Shown in pieces: positions 1-10,051 of a stretch of 32,000 bases of DNA. This DNA is from Pseudoalteromonas tetraodonis (lineage in GTDB: Bacteria > Pseudomonadota > Gammaproteobacteria > Enterobacterales > Alteromonadaceae). The notes under the pieces are model-generated. The model saw nothing but the letters and a program-made list of their open reading frames with translations. It searched no databases and had not been told where the DNA came from. Both the position numbers and the translations under genes were made by a program. The first letter of the stretch is position 1; the number at the start of each line of letters is the position of its first letter. The stretch is from positions 450,001 through 482,000 of the forward strand of contig NZ_CP011042.1 in NCBI RefSeq assembly GCF_002310835.1, read 5' to 3'.

Positions 1-849
1 TTTTTACGTTCAGCTTTAATTGACCAGCAAACACAGTGTCGTTCATTTGACTTAGGTGATGTGCGCGTAATACCGCATTTATTACACGATAAATACTTAA
101 ACGAGGCAACAATTACCAATTGCCAAAAAGCGCTTTATGGCAATGACAATAACGATCATTTCGTAAGTCCACTGTCTATTACCGAAGATGTATGTGACAG
201 CTTTTATGCAACATTCCAAGATAAAGGCATTTTTGGCATTGGTGGCGATCATTCTATTAGTTACCCGCTGACAAAAGCGTATTTAAAAGCCAAACGCGAG
301 CAAGGTAAACGTACGGCAATTATTCATTTTGATGCTCACACCGACTTACTCGTAGAGCGTTTGGGTATCGATTTATGTTTTGGCTCTTGGTGTACCCATA
401 TTTTAGAATTTTTACCCGCGCCACATCATTTAATTCAATTTGGTATTCGCTCAAGTGGTAAGCCTAAATCACATTGGGAAAGTACCTTTGGCGTTAAACA
501 GCACTGGGCTGCTGAAATTATTGAGCGTGGCGCAGCCGCTGTTGCTGCCGATACAATCGCGCAACTAAAGGCTGACAAGGTTGATGAAGTGTATGTAAGC
601 TTTGATATTGACGCACTAGATGCTCAATTTGCTTCAGCAACAGGTACACCTGAAGAAAATGGATTAACACCACAGCATGCGCTTGATATTTTGTCAGCCA
701 TTGCCGATGAGTTTCCAATAACCGGTGCAGATATGATGGAAATCGCGCCGTTTACCGACAGCTCATTAGTGGGTCAATCAAGCTCAGAGACGACGCTTAG
801 AGAAGGCGCTAAAATTTCAGCATTCTTAATTGCAGCAATGAATCGTTAA
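1..849 (+). CDS. Arginase/agmatinase/formimidoylglutamase-family (ureohydrolase) Mn-hydrolase, 5' end outside the window
   Basis: Frame 1 is open from base 1 (FLRSALIDQQTQCRSFDLGD precedes the GTG at 61), so the gene most likely starts upstream of the window. Ureohydrolase signatures are present: GGDHSISYP, IIHFDAHTDL, SFDIDALD, ADMMEIAP. The exact substrate cannot be assigned from sequence. Confidence 0.85.
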   Translation, partial: FLRSALIDQQTQCRSFDLGDVRVIPHLLHDKYLNEATITNCQKALYGNDNNDHFVSPLSITEDVCDSFYATFQDKGIFGIGGDHSISYPLTKAYLKAKREQGKRTAIIHFDAHTDLLVERLGIDLCFGSWCTHILEFLPAPHHLIQFGIRSSGKPKSHWESTFGVKQHWAAEIIERGAAAVAADTIAQLKADKVDEVYVSFDIDALDAQFASATGTPEENGLTPQHALDILSAIADEFPITGADMMEIAPFTDSSLVGQSSSETTLREGAKISAFLIAAMNR

Positions 850-946
850 TCCTAAAGGTCAAAATTGGCTATTTGTAAATAATCCGCTATATTAAATTTG
901 CTTTAATCAAAAAAGTAACATCTTAAATTTTATATAGTGGGTTATT

Positions 947-1648
947 GTGACTAAGTGGTATTGTGTATTATTGTTCATTGTAAGTCATCATTGTGCGGCT
1001 AAACTTACTGTTGTAACAGAGAACTTTGCGCCTGCGCAGTATCTGGACGCGAATAACAATTTAGTAGGTGATGCTGCCGATAAAGTCCGATTAGTGCTTG
1101 ATAGCGCAGGTATTGATTATTCAATTTCTGTAAATGATTGGAGTATGGCTTACAATATTGCACTGAGAGATCCCCAAACCTGTATATTTTCTATTTCTCG
1201 TTCGCCTGAGCGGGAACATAATTTTATTTGGTTTGCTAAGCTTGCCCAATTTGACACTAATTTTTACTCCCTTAAAAGCAAAGGTATTTCCTTAACTAAT
1301 TTAGAGCAGGCAAAGCAATACCGTATTGCGGTTTTAAAAGATAACTACAGCCATCATTACTTACTTTCAAAGGGCTTTAAAGAAAACGAAAATTTAATGC
1401 TGTTTAGTAGTTTTGATAATATTTTTAAGATAATCCAAACCCGAAGTTCGAGTATTGATTTAGTTGTTATACCAGCGCAGCGAATAAACCATGAACAATC
1501 TCATTTATTAAATAAATTACAACTCGAATTACTTATGCCCATCAATGCCCATCAAGCCCCTTTATATTTCGCCTGTAATAAAAATCTACCCGATAACGTA
1601 AAGCAACAACTTAGCGCGGCTTTTTCTTCATATGAGTCTAAACTATAA
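947..1648 (+). CDS. Periplasmic solute-binding protein (family 3, amino-acid-type fold), orphan with no adjacent ABC permease or ATPase
   Basis: GTG start followed by a signal peptide (MTKWYCVLLFIVSHHCAA). Mature part starts KLTVVTENFAPAQY, and the ~230 aa length is typical of orphan SBP_bac_3-like proteins of marine gammaproteobacteria. Confidence 0.7.
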   Translation: MTKWYCVLLFIVSHHCAAKLTVVTENFAPAQYLDANNNLVGDAADKVRLVLDSAGIDYSISVNDWSMAYNIALRDPQTCIFSISRSPEREHNFIWFAKLAQFDTNFYSLKSKGISLTNLEQAKQYRIAVLKDNYSHHYLLSKGFKENENLMLFSSFDNIFKIIQTRSSSIDLVVIPAQRINHEQSHLLNKLQLELLMPINAHQAPLYFACNKNLPDNVKQQLSAAFSSYESKL

Positions 1649-1768
1649 ATATTAAGCTTTTGATTTTTATTAGTTATTAATATTATTTAAATATCAATTG
1701 CCCTGTCTATAAAAGCGTCTATAATCCAGCTGCTTTTGCTTGTAAAAGCGATTATTTTGGAGTTATAA

Positions 1769-3058
1769 ATGGGTGATTTAATCGGGATTGCGTTATTAAT
1801 CTTGATGAGTGCGTTATTTGCGATGTCAGAAATTTCGATTGCCGCTTCACGCAAAATTAAGTTAAGAGTAATGGCGGACGAGGGCAATGTGCACGCTTTG
1901 GCGGTTTTAAAGCTGCAAGAGCAGCCTGGGGCTTTTTTCGCCATGATCCAAATTACGCTCAATGCGATTGCGATATTAGGCGGGATTGTTGGCGAGCAAG
2001 CATTGTCTCCTTACATGCAAGAAATACTACAGCTGTTTTATCAAGGTCCATTACTTGGGCAAATTAGCTTTGTATTATCGTTTTTAATTATTACCTCGTT
2101 ATTTATTTTATTTGCCGATTTACTACCAAAGCGTTTAGCGATGATTTTACCTGAGGCCGTTGCCGTGAGGGTGGTGACAATTATGCGCTGGGTTACTTTT
2201 GCGCTCACGCCACTGGTATTATTTTTTAATGGCTTAACCAATATTGTTTTACGGGTGTTTAAAGTGCCCAGTGAACGTGAAGATATTGTGACCACTGAAG
2301 ATATTGTTGCGATGATGGATGCTGGTGCTGAATATGGCAGTTTACAGCAACAAGAGTATGATTTAATAGGAAATGTATTTGATTTAGAAGCGCGTTTCTT
2401 ATCAAGCGTTATGTCACCGCGTGAGCAAATTGTTTATTTTGATATTGATGAATCTAGCGACGATATAGCAAATAAAATTATAGATCACCCGCACAATCAC
2501 TTTTTAGTGTGCAAAGGCAATCTTGATAAGTTAATTGGCTCTGTTGAGTCTAAAGATATTTTACGCCAAGTACTCAAAGGTGAGGCGGCAAATATTAACG
2601 ATGACATGCTTGATAAAGATATTTTTTACTTGCCCGAAACATTGAGTTTATCTGAAGCGTTAAATGCGTTTAAAACCGCTGTGCATCCTTTTGCGGTGGT
2701 AGTTAATGAGTATGCTTTGGTGGTTGGGATTGTTACGGTTAAAGATTTAATGAAAGGTTTTATGGGCGATTTAATTACTCATCAAAGTGAAGAGTTAATT
2801 ATTGAACGCGACGCGAGTTCTTGGTTAGTGGATGGCTTAACCCCGATTGTTGAGCTGGCGAAGGTACTTGAAATTGATGAATTTCCTGATCAAAATCATT
2901 ATGAAACCGTGGCCGGATATTTAATTTATACCATGAAACATATTCCTAAACGCGCAGAGTTTGTTTTATTTGCAGGTTTTAAATTTGAAGTTGTGGACGT
3001 GGAAGGAATTCGTATTGAGCAGTTACTAGTATCTAGAGTTAATACTGACAACGAATAA
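1769..3058 (+). CDS. HlyC/CorC-family membrane protein (DUF21/CNNM transmembrane domain + CBS pair + CorC_HlyC C-terminal domain)
   Basis: 429 aa with an N-terminal multi-TM region (LLILMSALFAMSEISIAASR, typical DUF21 start). A central CBS-pair region and a C-terminal transporter-associated domain (ETVAGYLIY...FEVVDVEGIRIEQLLV) follow. GGAG lies upstream of the ATG. Confidence 0.9.
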   Translation: MGDLIGIALLILMSALFAMSEISIAASRKIKLRVMADEGNVHALAVLKLQEQPGAFFAMIQITLNAIAILGGIVGEQALSPYMQEILQLFYQGPLLGQISFVLSFLIITSLFILFADLLPKRLAMILPEAVAVRVVTIMRWVTFALTPLVLFFNGLTNIVLRVFKVPSEREDIVTTEDIVAMMDAGAEYGSLQQQEYDLIGNVFDLEARFLSSVMSPREQIVYFDIDESSDDIANKIIDHPHNHFLVCKGNLDKLIGSVESKDILRQVLKGEAANINDDMLDKDIFYLPETLSLSEALNAFKTAVHPFAVVVNEYALVVGIVTVKDLMKGFMGDLITHQSEELIIERDASSWLVDGLTPIVELAKVLEIDEFPDQNHYETVAGYLIYTMKHIPKRAEFVLFAGFKFEVVDVEGIRIEQLLVSRVNTDNE

Positions 3059-3080
3059 TGACAGCCAACATAGCTTAAGA

Positions 3081-3112
3081 GCAGCCAATGAAAGTTCATT
3101 GGCTGCTTTTTT
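3081..3112 (+). terminator. Rho-independent terminator after the HlyC/CorC gene
   Basis: Perfect 11 bp stem GCAGCCAATGA / TCATTGGCTGC (3081-3091 / 3096-3106) with a 4 nt loop, followed by T6 (3107-3112). Confidence 0.85.
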
Positions 3113-3224
3113 ATGGGTGTCGCTTAAATAACTCAGCTATTGTTTGTGTTATTTGTGTTACTTATCTATTCAATTGTAAAAATGTGTAAATGTTGCTCAG
3201 TGGCTATTTTTAATTGCTGTACTA

Positions 3225-3254
3225 TAGTTTAGAATGATCGTTCATTCTAAACTA
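3225..3254. promoter_or_regulatory. Perfect 13-4-13 palindrome just upstream of the RND operon (candidate TetR operator or 5'-leader hairpin)
   Basis: TAGTTTAGAATGA tcgt TCATTCTAAACTA, with every arm position complementary. It ends 13 nt before the ATG at 3268 and just before the AAAGG Shine-Dalgarno-like sequence. Confidence 0.5.
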
Positions 3255-3267
3255 AAAGGTATTTGAC

Positions 3268-4431
3268 ATGCAGCGTTCCCGCATCGCTTTTTTTGTATTT
3301 TCGGCCCTCGTTGGTTCTGTTGCTCTAAGTGGTTGTGATCAGGTAGCTGAACAACCTAAGGCTTCTGCTCCTGCAGCGACACCTGTTGGTGTGGTCACTT
3401 TAACAAGCCAAGCTATTACACTTAAAAAAGAATTACCAGGGCGTGTTAGTGCGTTTCAAATTGCTGAAATTCGTCCTCAAGTCAGTGGCATTGTTCAATC
3501 TCGGTTATTTGAAGAAGGCACACAGGTTGAGCAAGGCCAAGCGCTTTATCAAATTAATCCTGACATTTTTGAAGCAGAACTCGCAGCCAGCAAAGCGGCC
3601 GTTGCGCGCGCAGAGGCTAGTATTGCAAGCAGTAAATCTAAAGCGTCGCGTTATAAAGAATTACTAGAAATTAAAGCGGTAAGCCAGCAAGACTTTGATG
3701 AAGCAGATGCAGCATACAAGCAAGCATCTGCAGAACTATTAACGGCGAAAGCACAGTTACAAAGCGCGCAAATTAATCTTGATTATAGCCATGTTTCTTC
3801 GCCAATTAGCGGCCAAATTAGTAAATCAAGTGTCACTGTCGGGGCACTAGTCAGCGCAGCTCAAACCACAGCATTGGCAACCGTTACTCAGCTTGATCCA
3901 ATTTATGTAGATTTAACCCAATCAAGCAATGAACTAACCAAGCTAAAAAGAGCATTGGCATCGGGTTCTTTAGGGGTTGATTCAACCACGCAAACAGATG
4001 TTGAACTTATTATGGAAGATGGCTCTGCGTATCCCCATAAGGGAACATTACAGTTCTCTGAAGTGACGGTTGACCCAAGTACGGGTTCGGTAACGTTACG
4101 CGCGAAGTTTCCAAACCCTGAAAAACTATTGCTACCTGGTATGTATGTACGTGCTGAGGTTGTTGAAGGGGTGAAATCTAATGCAATTCTCGCTCCTCAA
4201 CGCGGCGTTAGCCGCAATACTAAAGGCGAACCTACTGCTATGGTTGTTAGCAAAAACAATACCGTTGAAAGCCGTGTATTAAAGGTAGAGCGTACTTTGG
4301 GCGCTAACTGGTTGGTAACCGACGGTTTAGCTGATGGCGATCAATTGATTGTGGAAGGGCTACAGAAAATTCGCCCAGGCGCACCGGTTGCTGCATCACA
4401 AGTACAGTCATCAGCAAATAACAGCCAATAA
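3268..4431 (+). CDS. RND efflux periplasmic adaptor (membrane fusion protein, AcrA/MexA type), lipoprotein
   Basis: Lipobox LSGC followed by D at +2. MFP signatures are present ([19 protein letters not shown], coiled-coil hairpin region, [25 protein letters not shown]). It sits 11 nt upstream of the pump gene. Confidence 0.95.
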   Translation: MQRSRIAFFVFSALVGSVALSGCDQVAEQPKASAPAATPVGVVTLTSQAITLKKELPGRVSAFQIAEIRPQVSGIVQSRLFEEGTQVEQGQALYQINPDIFEAELAASKAAVARAEASIASSKSKASRYKELLEIKAVSQQDFDEADAAYKQASAELLTAKAQLQSAQINLDYSHVSSPISGQISKSSVTVGALVSAAQTTALATVTQLDPIYVDLTQSSNELTKLKRALASGSLGVDSTTQTDVELIMEDGSAYPHKGTLQFSEVTVDPSTGSVTLRAKFPNPEKLLLPGMYVRAEVVEGVKSNAILAPQRGVSRNTKGEPTAMVVSKNNTVESRVLKVERTLGANWLVTDGLADGDQLIVEGLQKIRPGAPVAASQVQSSANNSQ

Positions 4432-4442
4432 CGGAGAATTTC

Positions 4443-7400
4443 ATGTCACGATTTTTTATCGACAGGCCTATTTTTGCATGGGTACTGGCTATTGTGGTGA
4501 TGCTTGCAGGTATTATTGCGGTTAAAAGTTTACCCGTTGCTCAGTATCCGTCTATTGCACCGCCTGCTATTACGATTACTGCTAACTACCCAGGTGCTTC
4601 TGCGCGTACTTTAGAGGACTCGGTGACCCAGGTTATTGAGCAAAAAATGAAAGGTTTAGATGGCTTGTTGTATATGTCATCGACCTCTGAATCAAGTGGT
4701 TCAGCAACATTGACTCTTACCTTTGATGCAGAAACTAACCCTGATATTGCACAAGTGCAAGTGCAAAATAAACTAGCAACAGCTACGCCATTATTACCTG
4801 AAGAAGTGCAACGACAGGGCGTTGTGGTTGCTAAGTCATCGTCTAGTTTTTTACTCGTTGTTGGTTTTGTATCGCAAGATGGCAGTATGACCAACATTGA
4901 CATTGGTGATTATGTGTCATCAAACGTGCAAGATATTGTTGCGCGTGTTGATGGGGTGGGCGAAGTACAATTGTTCGGCTCTCAATATGCAATGCGTATT
5001 TGGCTCGATCCGGCTAAGTTACAAAGCTATAAACTAACGCCAAACGATATCTCTGCGGCAATAAAAGCACAAAATGCGCAAGTGTCGGCAGGTCAGCTCG
5101 GGGGCATGCCGTCATTGGCAGGTCAACAGCTTAATGCAACGGTAACGGCTCAAAGCCGATTACAAACACCTGAGCAGTTTAAAGATATTTTAGTTAAAAC
5201 CAACAGCGATGGCTCGGTAGTGCGTTTACAAGATGTTGCTGATGTGGAACTCGGTGGTGAAAACTACGGTGTTGTAGCGCGCTTTAATGGTAAACCGGCA
5301 TCGGGTTTAGGGGTTAAATTAGCCAGTGGCGCAAACGCTTTGGATACAGCACAAGGTGTAAAAGATGCACTTGAAGAACTTAAACCATTTTTTCCAGAAG
5401 GTTTAGAGGCGGTTGTGCCTTATGACACCACTCCTTTTGTTGCATTATCAATCGAAAAAGTAGTACATACCCTAATCGAAGCGGTTGTTTTGGTATTTGT
5501 TGTAATGTACTTATTTTTACAAAACTTCAGAGCAACTATTATTCCAACCATTGCGGTGCCTGTCGTATTGCTAGGTACGTTTGGTATTCTATTTACCTTT
5601 GGGTATTCCATTAATACCCTCACGATGTTTGCGATGGTACTGGCCATTGGTTTACTCGTAGATGATGCGATTGTTGTTGTCGAAAACGTTGAGCGTTTAA
5701 TGACCGAAGAAAAGCTCTCTGCGGTTGAAGCAACGCGAAAATCGATGGATGAAATTAAAGGAGCACTGGTAGGTATTGCGATGGTGCTGTCGGCTGTATT
5801 TATTCCGATGGCATTCTTTAGTGGCTCTACTGGGGTTATTTATCGTCAGTTCTCTATTACCTTAGTGTCGGCGATGGGGCTGTCGGTACTGGTTGCGCTT
5901 ATTTTAACTCCCGCACTGTGTGCTACGTTATTAAAGCCTAGCCATGTTCACACCGATGGTAGCTTTATTGGTCGTTTTTTCTCAGGCTTTAACCGTGGTT
6001 TTGATAAAACCAATAAAGGTGCGCAAGGTTTTGTTGGCCGCATGATCAAACATTCTAAGCGCTACCTGCTTAGCTATGCATTAATTGTAGGCGGCATGGT
6101 GGCTATTTTTTCAAACTTACCAACGGCATTTCTACCCGATGAAGACCAAGGTATTTTGTTTAACCAAGTAATGCTTCCTGCAGGCTCTACTACAGAGCAA
6201 ACGCTTGAAGTGGTTAAAAAAGTTGAAAACCATTATTTAGAAGATCAATCTGAAGCCGTTAGTTCAATTTTTACGGTAACAGGTTTTAGTTTTGCAGGCT
6301 CTGGACAAAACTCAGCAATTGGCTTTGTTAGCTTAAAGCACTGGGATGAGCGCCAACGTGACGACCTATCAGTGGGCGCCGTTGCAGGAAAAGGCATGGG
6401 GTATTTTTCAACGATTAAAGAGGCATTTGTATTTGCATTTCCACCTCCGGCGATTGTTGAACTTGGAACCGCAAATGGCTTTAATATGTTTTTACAAGAC
6501 CGTGTCGGTTTAGGTCATGATGAGCTATTAAAAGCGCGTAATCAGTTATTAGGTATGGCGAGTCAAAGTCCAATATTGGCAGGTGTTCGCCCTAATGGGC
6601 AAGAAGATATGCCTGAGTTACAGCTGGATATTGATCTTGCAAAAGCAGAAGCGCTTGGTGTGTCGCAAGGTGATATTAATAGTACGCTTTCGACGGCGTG
6701 GGGTAGTAGTTATGTAAATGACTTTATCGACCGTGGTCGCGTGAAAAAAGTATACCTGCAAGGTCAAGCCGATGCGAGAATGGTGCCTGAGGACTTAAAC
6801 AAATGGTATGTGCGTAATAAAAACGGCGATATGGTGCCATTTTCAGCATTTGCTAGTTCTTATTGGTCTTATGGTTCGCCTCGCTTGGAAAGGTATAACG
6901 GCTTTTCAGCAATGGAAATCCAAGGCAGTGCAGCGCCAGGCTACAGTACAGGTCAAGCCATGGATGAAATGGAGCGTTTAGTTAAGCAGTTACCACAAGG
7001 TATTGCTTCTGAATGGACTGGTATTTCATATCAAGAGCGATCAAGTGGCGGTCAAGCGCCGTTGTTATATGGATTATCACTGTTATTTGTATTTTTATGT
7101 TTAGCTGCGCTTTATGAAAGTTGGTCAGTACCATTTGCAGTAATGATGATTGTGCCACTGGGGATTTTTGGTGCGATTGTAGCCGCCTTTATGGGTAACT
7201 TATCAAACGATATTTACTTACAAGTGGGTTTATTAACCACCATAGGTTTAGCCTCTAAAAATGCCATTTTAATCGTTGAGTTTGCGATTCATAAAATGGA
7301 AGAAGGCTTAAGCTTAGTTGACTCGGCGATTGCCGCTGTACGCCTTCGCTTACGTCCTATTTTAATGACCTCAATGGCCTTTGTGTGTGGTGTGCTTCCA

Positions 7401-7574
7401 TTAGCTATTGCCTCAAGTGCTGGTTCAGGTGCACAAAATGCATTAGGTATTTCAATTATTGGTGGAACACTTGCCGCCTCGTCATTGGTTGTTATTTTTG
7501 TACCGTTGTTTTTTGTTTTAGTACGTAGACTGTTTTCAGGAAAGGCTAAAACCACCTCCGAGGAGGAAGTATAA
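4443..7574 (+). CDS. RND multidrug efflux pump, HAE1 family (AcrB/MexB type)
   Basis: 1043 aa, near-colinear with remembered AcrB blocks: [102 protein letters not shown] lies upstream of the start. Confidence 0.97.
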   Translation: MSRFFIDRPIFAWVLAIVVMLAGIIAVKSLPVAQYPSIAPPAITITANYPGASARTLEDSVTQVIEQKMKGLDGLLYMSSTSESSGSATLTLTFDAETNPDIAQVQVQNKLATATPLLPEEVQRQGVVVAKSSSSFLLVVGFVSQDGSMTNIDIGDYVSSNVQDIVARVDGVGEVQLFGSQYAMRIWLDPAKLQSYKLTPNDISAAIKAQNAQVSAGQLGGMPSLAGQQLNATVTAQSRLQTPEQFKDILVKTNSDGSVVRLQDVADVELGGENYGVVARFNGKPASGLGVKLASGANALDTAQGVKDALEELKPFFPEGLEAVVPYDTTPFVALSIEKVVHTLIEAVVLVFVVMYLFLQNFRATIIPTIAVPVVLLGTFGILFTFGYSINTLTMFAMVLAIGLLVDDAIVVVENVERLMTEEKLSAVEATRKSMDEIKGALVGIAMVLSAVFIPMAFFSGSTGVIYRQFSITLVSAMGLSVLVALILTPALCATLLKPSHVHTDGSFIGRFFSGFNRGFDKTNKGAQGFVGRMIKHSKRYLLSYALIVGGMVAIFSNLPTAFLPDEDQGILFNQVMLPAGSTTEQTLEVVKKVENHYLEDQSEAVSSIFTVTGFSFAGSGQNSAIGFVSLKHWDERQRDDLSVGAVAGKGMGYFSTIKEAFVFAFPPPAIVELGTANGFNMFLQDRVGLGHDELLKARNQLLGMASQSPILAGVRPNGQEDMPELQLDIDLAKAEALGVSQGDINSTLSTAWGSSYVNDFIDRGRVKKVYLQGQADARMVPEDLNKWYVRNKNGDMVPFSAFASSYWSYGSPRLERYNGFSAMEIQGSAAPGYSTGQAMDEMERLVKQLPQGIASEWTGISYQERSSGGQAPLLYGLSLLFVFLCLAALYESWSVPFAVMMIVPLGIFGAIVAAFMGNLSNDIYLQVGLLTTIGLASKNAILIVEFAIHKMEEGLSLVDSAIAAVRLRLRPILMTSMAFVCGVLPLAIASSAGSGAQNALGISIIGGTLAASSLVVIFVPLFFVLVRRLFSGKAKTTSEEEV

Positions 7575-8983
7575 TGAGTTTAAGAGCAATCAGTTTTAGT
7601 GCTTTTACTTTAGCAATTTTATCTGGATGTCAGTTAGCTCCTCAACAAGAAGCGCTAAATTTACCTGTCCCTGATGCGTATGCATCAGAGACAGGGGATG
7701 AGCAGGTGTCCTCGTTACAATGGCAGCAGTTTTTTAATGATGAAAAACTTAAAACACTGATATCACAAAGTCTTGAACATAATAAAGACCTACAAATAGC
7801 TGCTTTAAATGTTCAGCGCGTGCGTGGTTTGTATCAGATTGAAGATTCAGCGTTATATCCATCACTGGATTTTAATGCATCAGGAAGTCGTCAGCGTTTA
7901 CCCAGCGATTTATCAGCAAGTGGTCAACCACAAATAAGTTCTCAATACAGTGCAACGGTAGGCATGACGGCTTACGAGTTAGATTTATGGGGTAAAGTAC
8001 GCAATCAGTCAGAGCAAGCATTACAAACGCTTTATTCAACTCAGCTGAGCCAATACACCATGCAAGTGTCGTTAATTACAGAGCTTGCTAATGCATGGTT
8101 AAATTACGCGACAGATCAACAGTTGTTAGCGTTGGCACAAGAGACGTTATCATCGCAGCAAGCATCCTTATCATTAACCCAAAAAAGTGTTGATTTAGGT
8201 GCCGCTTCTAAAATTACGCTGGAACAGCTTAAAAGTACGGTAGCCACAGCGAAAGTTGATATTGCTAAATACCAACGTTTAGTGAAACGCGATAAAAACG
8301 CGCTTGATTTATTAGTAGGTAAAACGGTAGGTGAGGATTTACTGCCAAGTAAGTCATTAAATTATTTATTAGACTTGCCTAGTGTGCCTGTGGGTTTACC
8401 TTCTGATTTACTAACGCAGCGACCAGATATAAAAGCAGCAGAGCATCAGCTGTTAGCCGCTAACGCTAACATTGGTATTGCCCGTGCAGCGTTTTACCCG
8501 AGCATTAGTTTAACTGCCAATGCAGGAACTGCATCACGTGATTTAAGTAATTTATTTGATGCAGGCTCAGGCACATGGAGCTTCATGCCATCGGTAAATT
8601 TACCTATTTTTAATATGGGTCGAAATCAAGCAAATTTAGATGTCGCTAACGCAGAGCAACAAGTTGCTGTAGCAACGTACCAGCAAAAAATACAGCAAGC
8701 ATTTCGTGAAGTTGCTGATGTACTTGCGGATAGAGAAGGCTATAACGCACAGTTAATGGCTCTTGAGGAGTTATTACAAAGCCGAAAGACAACCTTTGAA
8801 TTATCGCAGGCGCGCTACGACAAAGGGGTTGATAGCTTTTTACAAGTGCTTGACGCTCAGCGAACTTGGTATAGCGCAAGGCAGCAATTGATCACGGGCC
8901 AACAAGCTGTGCTTGCAAGCCAAATCAATTTATACAAAGCGGTTGGCGGTGGCTGGCAGACCACTACTTCAACCGTTAAGTAA
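7574..8983 (+). CDS. Outer-membrane efflux factor lipoprotein (NodT/OprM family)
   Basis: Its start overlaps the pump stop by 1 nt (TAATG at 7572-7576). Lipobox LSGC, a duplicated OEP architecture and the motifs QRPDIKAAEHQL, FYPSISLTANAG and YKAVGGGW are present. Confidence 0.95.
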   Translation: MSLRAISFSAFTLAILSGCQLAPQQEALNLPVPDAYASETGDEQVSSLQWQQFFNDEKLKTLISQSLEHNKDLQIAALNVQRVRGLYQIEDSALYPSLDFNASGSRQRLPSDLSASGQPQISSQYSATVGMTAYELDLWGKVRNQSEQALQTLYSTQLSQYTMQVSLITELANAWLNYATDQQLLALAQETLSSQQASLSLTQKSVDLGAASKITLEQLKSTVATAKVDIAKYQRLVKRDKNALDLLVGKTVGEDLLPSKSLNYLLDLPSVPVGLPSDLLTQRPDIKAAEHQLLAANANIGIARAAFYPSISLTANAGTASRDLSNLFDAGSGTWSFMPSVNLPIFNMGRNQANLDVANAEQQVAVATYQQKIQQAFREVADVLADREGYNAQLMALEELLQSRKTTFELSQARYDKGVDSFLQVLDAQRTWYSARQQLITGQQAVLASQINLYKAVGGGWQTTTSTVK

Positions 8984-8989
8984 ATTAGT

Positions 8990-9027
8990 ACGCATAAAGC
9001 CTGTTAACAATAAAAGGTTTTATGCGT
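8990..9027 (+). terminator. Hairpin after the OMF gene (weak terminator or attenuator, no T-tract)
   Basis: 12 bp stem ACGCATAAAGCC / GGTTTTATGCGT with one G-U pair and a 14 nt loop. It is not followed by a U-run, so partial read-through into the TetR gene is plausible. Confidence 0.35.
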
Positions 9028-9044
9028 GATTAAAGTAATGCCCG

Positions 9045-9085
9045 TTTAGCGTTTATTTTTTGTGATCAAAGCAGTAAACGCTAAA
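9045..9085. promoter_or_regulatory. 11 bp perfect inverted repeat with 19 bp spacer upstream of the TetR gene
   Basis: TTTAGCGTTTA (9045-9055) and TAAACGCTAAA (9075-9085). It lies between the OMF stop and the probable TetR start at 9122. The GTG at 9062 proposed by the ORF track falls inside it. Confidence 0.4.
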
Positions 9086-9121
9086 TATTTCGAGTTGAGA
9101 GACTCGATACTGGAGTTTCAA

Positions 9122-9742
9122 ATGAAACCTAAAAATAAAAAACACCTAGATCCGGTGCAAGCACAAGCGCGTCGCGAGCAGGTATTAACCGCCGCTGCTG
9201 ATTGTTTTCGTCGCAAAGGCTACCATGGCGCAGGTATGGCAGAAATAGCTAAAACAGCCGGGATGAGTGCCGGCCATATTTATAATTACTTTGAAAGTAA
9301 AGAAGCCATAATTGAAAGTATTATTGAACAAGATATGGAAGAAATGTTTTCCATATTTCAAGAGTTTGAAGATCAACCTGGCGATATTTTAACAGTGTTA
9401 CTTGATGGCTTACACCATGGTGTGCAGCGTCATATGGACACGGGGGCCTGCGTAGTTGACTTAGACATGATGGCAGAGGCCAGTAGAAACAAAAAAGTCG
9501 CTTTATTACTACGCGAGGCTGATACGCAAGCACGTAACAGAATGCGTGATTTATTAGTCAATGAAAGTAGTTTAATAAAATCACATTCAGAGCAAGAACT
9601 CGAAAGCCGCATTAATGTGATTTTCTCAGTGATGGCGGGACTGCTATTACGAAAAATGTTATTTCCTGAATTGACCGAGGAAACTGTATTGATTGCACTG
9701 CGCCCAGCGATGAAAACATTACTTATGCCATTTGATAAATAA
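9122..9742 (+). CDS. TetR/AcrR-family transcriptional regulator
   Basis: N-terminal TetR HTH (RREQVLTAAADCFRRKGYHGAGMAEIAKTAGMSAGHIYNYFESKEAI). I prefer the ATG at 9122, which has GGAG 6 nt upstream (9112-9115), over the GTG at 9062. Confidence 0.9.
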   Translation: MKPKNKKHLDPVQAQARREQVLTAAADCFRRKGYHGAGMAEIAKTAGMSAGHIYNYFESKEAIIESIIEQDMEEMFSIFQEFEDQPGDILTVLLDGLHHGVQRHMDTGACVVDLDMMAEASRNKKVALLLREADTQARNRMRDLLVNESSLIKSHSEQELESRINVIFSVMAGLLLRKMLFPELTEETVLIALRPAMKTLLMPFDK

Positions 9743-10051
9743 TAAGTTGAAGCATTAAATAACTATGAATATTTGACTGATATTGTTGTAAATATGAAAG
9801 AGTTATATAAATTAAGCTGCTTTTATTTAAGCGTAATCAATAAAAACTGAGTACGATGTTTTAGCGTAAAGTTATTCCTTTTTTATATTAAAAAAGCATT
9901 GATTAACAGTGGGTTATAGCCAGTTGATGTGATATCAACGCCGGTGGCGAAACGACAACAAACAAGATAAATTGCTTTTTTGGCGTATTACTTGCAAATT
10001 AGGACTATATTAAAGGCGCTAATATGGCGCTGCCAACTTAAAGGAGAGCAC

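Noticed and set aside
518-718. Short ORFs antisense to, or out of frame within, long well-supported genes. These are 518-718, 1687-1962, 2041-2295, 3443-3667, 4586-4903, 5420-5647, 7289-7555, 8646-8879, 9185-9612 (three), 11245-11505, 12886-13402 (two), 13942-14142, 15097-15336, 15567-15904 (two), 23967-24230, 26123-26314, 27871-28062, 29422-29604 and 31441-31659
   Set aside because: All lie inside genes with strong family signatures on the other strand or frame. They have low-complexity or odd composition, no ribosome-binding sites that I could see, and no recognisable motifs. These are typical shadow ORFs.
61-849. GTG at 61 as the start of the ureohydrolase gene (ORF-track call)
   Set aside because: The same frame is open back to base 1 and encodes sensible sequence (…RSFDLGD). 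At 262 aa the protein would also lack the N-terminal part of the fold. I treat the gene as truncated by the window edge.
9062-9121. GTG at 9062 as the TetR start, and likewise 9980 for the fusion protein, 12503 for the DUF1496-like gene, 26781 (TTG) for ushA and 27069 for the small gene
   Set aside because: In each case a downstream in-frame ATG has a recognisable Shine-Dalgarno sequence (weak for ushA). The shorter product also begins with a sensible N-terminus (HTH lead-in, TM helix, signal peptide or lipobox). The longer extensions run through inverted repeats or AT-rich promoter-like DNA.
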